A DNA stretch of 32,000 nt from Wigglesworthia glossinidia endosymbiont of Glossina brevipalpis (GTDB lineage Bacteria > Pseudomonadota > Gammaproteobacteria > Enterobacterales > Enterobacteriaceae), in NCBI GenBank assembly GCA_000008885.1, contig BA000021.3, positions 360,001 to 392,000 on the forward strand. Reading direction: 5' to 3'. Below the pieces are notes generated by a model. It saw only the letters and a list, made by a program, of their open reading frames with translations. It was not told the DNA's origin and did no database searches. Positions 29,905 through 32,000 of this stretch are shown one piece after another (within the stretch, counting starts at the first letter, position 1; every line of letters begins with the position of its first letter). The translations under genes and the position numbers were made by a program.

Positions 29905-30627
29905 TTAATCTATTAAACATCCTATTCTATTTGCAACCTCTTTGTAAGATTCTATAACATTTTCGTTTAATTGTTCTCTAAAAATATCTTTATCCATTTT
30001 TTTAAAGGAGTTTTTATCCCAAACTCTGCTATTATCTAAAGAAAATTCATCTCCTAAAAATAAATCTCCATTAAACAAACCAAATTCTAATTTAAAATCT
30101 ACTAATATTAGTTCTGCTTTGTAAAAAATATCTTTAAGTATATTATTAATTTTATATAAAATTTTTTTTATTTTTTTAATATGATTTTCACTGATTAAAT
30201 TAAATGATATACAGTGATATTCGTTTATCATTGGATCTTTTAATCCATCATTTTTAAAAAAAAATTCTAATATCGGAGGATTTATAAAAGAACGTTCTTT
30301 TATTAAAAATCTTTTTAGCAAAGAACCATATGCATAATTTCTAACGACAAATTCAATTGGAATCATCTTTAATTTTTTAACTATTACTTGGTTATCAGAT
30401 AATAAAGACAATATATGAGTTTTAATATTAAAACTAGAAATTTTATTCATTATATAATAATTAAACTTATTATTAATAATATCTTTATTGTCAAATTTTT
30501 TAATATATTTACCATTTAATCTAGACATATCTTTTTTAAATTTTAATATTAAAACATCAGAATTATTTGTTGAATATATTATTTTAGATTTTCCTTGGTA
30601 TATTTTATTTTTTTTTTTGATTTTCAT
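29905..30627 (-). CDS. purC: phosphoribosylaminoimidazole-succinocarboxamide synthase
   Basis: Start moved to the internal ATG at 30627 (MKIKKKNKIYQGKSKIIYSTNN), which aligns with other PurC N-termini. NNKFNYYIMNKI, VVRNYAYGSLLKR, KNDGLKDPMINE, LVDFKLEFGLFNGDLFLGDEFSLDNSRVWD. Confidence 0.96.
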   Translation of the reverse strand: MKIKKKNKIYQGKSKIIYSTNNSDVLILKFKKDMSRLNGKYIKKFDNKDIINNKFNYYIMNKISSFNIKTHILSLLSDNQVIVKKLKMIPIEFVVRNYAYGSLLKRFLIKERSFINPPILEFFFKNDGLKDPMINEYHCISFNLISENHIKKIKKILYKINNILKDIFYKAELILVDFKLEFGLFNGDLFLGDEFSLDNSRVWDKNSFKKMDKDIFREQLNENVIESYKEVANRIGCLID

Positions 30628-30659
30628 TTTATTAGATTTAATTTTTAAAATTAAATTCA

Positions 30660-31556
30660 TTAAATACAATTAATTTTGCTTTTTAATTTAATTTTATTTA
30701 ATATTTTTTTAAACATAAAAATTTCTTTTTTATTTAAACCAATCATTGGCAATCTTATATATTTTGTTTTTATCAAACCTAAAAAATTACAAGCCCACTT
30801 TATGGGTGTTGGATTAGGAGCTATTAATAAAATTTTATATAAGTCTAAAATATTATAATATAATTTTTCTGCTTTATAATAATGTCTATTATTAATTAAT
30901 CTGCATAAACTTGAAGATTCATATGCGATAATATTTGCAGCGGTAGAAATTACACCACATCCTCCTAATTGCATAAAATCTAATATGTTAATATCATCTC
31001 CACATAATAAACAAAAATTTTTTTTAGAAAAAAACTTTATTTTTTTTACTCTACTTAAGTCTTTGCTGGAATCTTTTATTCCAATTATATTTTTTATATA
31101 TGATAATTTTGAAACAGTTTCAGGTAAAATATCGCATCCAGTCCTTTTAGGATTATTATAGATAATCTGCGGTATGTCTGTATTTTTAGAAATTTCTTTA
31201 AAGTAATTAAATATACCATTTTGTGTCGGACAACTATAATAAGGAGTAGATATCAAAATTCCCGATATATTTATTTTATTATAAAAATTAATTTGTTTCT
31301 TAATATTTTCAATATTAGATGATATTATACCTGCTATAACAGGTATTTTTTTGTCGCATGTTTCAAAAATATATTTGACAATATTGCATTGCTCTTCAAA
31401 AGTTAAAGAAAAATTTTCTCCAGTTGTTCCTATTGCTAATATAGCAGAAGTATTATTGACAATGTGATATTCGATTAATCCCTTTATGCTATCAAAATCT
31501 ATTTTACCAGATTTTTTCATTGGAGTTATTAACGCTACTATACTTCCTGTAAACAT
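30660..31556 (-). CDS. dapA: 4-hydroxy-tetrahydrodipicolinate synthase
   Basis: 298 aa ORF: FTGSIVALITPM, LAIGTTGENFSLTFEEQ, PVIAGIISSN, STPYYSCPTQNGIFNYF, IYNNPKRTGCDI, NIIGIKDSSKDLSR, LCGDD; next to purC as in E. coli (bamC absent). Confidence 0.96.
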   Translation of the reverse strand: MFTGSIVALITPMKKSGKIDFDSIKGLIEYHIVNNTSAILAIGTTGENFSLTFEEQCNIVKYIFETCDKKIPVIAGIISSNIENIKKQINFYNKINISGILISTPYYSCPTQNGIFNYFKEISKNTDIPQIIYNNPKRTGCDILPETVSKLSYIKNIIGIKDSSKDLSRVKKIKFFSKKNFCLLCGDDINILDFMQLGGCGVISTAANIIAYESSSLCRLINNRHYYKAEKLYYNILDLYKILLIAPNPTPIKWACNFLGLIKTKYIRLPMIGLNKKEIFMFKKILNKIKLKSKINCI

Positions 31557-31747
31557 ACAATATCCTTAAATACAATTAAAACAAAAATTTTATCAAATTA
31601 ATATTTAATTATTAATAATTATTTAATCTTGTTATTCATATAATTAATTTTATATTTATATTTTTTAATTATATATTAATATTAATATTATGTAAAAAAT
31701 TAAATTAGTATAATTTAAAATTTAATAAAAATTATTGATTACAAATT

Positions 31748-32000
31748 TTATTTAAAAAGAACTTTTTTATTTTCATGTATTTTATGAACTATTTTACCTA
31801 TTTTCCAAGCTTTTTCTCCCATTTGGTTTAATATTTTTAAAGCAAGGTTTGCATCATTTTTAGAAACTATTACAACCATACCAACTCCGCAATTAAACGT
31901 TTTGTACATTTCTTTCTTTTTTATATTTCCTGTTTCCTGTATCCATTTAAATATTAATGGCCAATTCCAAGTATCTTCATATATTACTGCGCATGTATTT
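31748..32000 (-). CDS. purM: phosphoribosylformylglycinamidine cyclo-ligase, 3' end only (runs off window)
   Basis: Not in the ORF track. Minus strand translation ending [53 protein letters not shown] matches the PurM C-terminus ([15 protein letters not shown]...GENAWKIG). Confidence 0.93.
   Translation of the reverse strand, partial: [83 protein letters not shown]

Noticed and set aside
30488-30858. ORFs 30488..30673 (+) and 30676..30858 (+) opposite purC/dapA
   Set aside because: Short antisense ORFs opposite conserved genes with no RBS or family support.
1-32000. Possible mobile element, CRISPR array, toxin-antitoxin, phage-defence or biosynthetic cluster
   Set aside because: I looked for spaced direct repeats, transposase/integrase motifs and unknown multi-ORF operons. 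Nearly every sizeable ORF maps to a conserved housekeeping gene and the spacers hold only A/T-rich sequence.

Overview
This 32 kb window is very AT-rich and gene-dense. It reads as chromosome from a strongly reduced gammaproteobacterial (Enterobacterales-type) insect endosymbiont. Gene order follows E. coli-like blocks with intervening genes deleted: pgk-fbaA, surE-nlpD*, pdxB-truA-accD-folC-cvpA-purF-ubiX, pgsA-tRNA-Gly-tRNA-Cys-tRNA-Leu, metK, folE, thiD, lgt-thyA, lpd-aceF-aceE/nadC, a flgM-like ORF, lptC-lptA-lptB, kdsD, ibaG-murA, purC-dapA, and the 3' end of purM (not in the supplied ORF track). Co-retention of pdxB, folE, folC, thiD and nadC plus a FlgM-like anti-sigma factor suggests a B-vitamin-provisioning symbiont that may still have a flagellar regulon. 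A Wigglesworthia-like tsetse symbiont is my best guess, but this is inference only. I see no defence system, CRISPR, integrase, transposase or mobile element, and no clear new multi-gene system. Items worth a second look are: the isolated flgM-like gene; an nlpD split by a frameshift next to an A8 tract; a second lipoyl domain in AceF whose attachment lysine is missing; an lptCAB block flipped relative to kdsD/ibaG/murA; three tRNAs lacking an encoded CCA; and a TTG start of murA overlapping the stop of a 4-codon mini-ORF. The supplied track labels the thiD ORF '+', but the sequence shows it on the minus strand.
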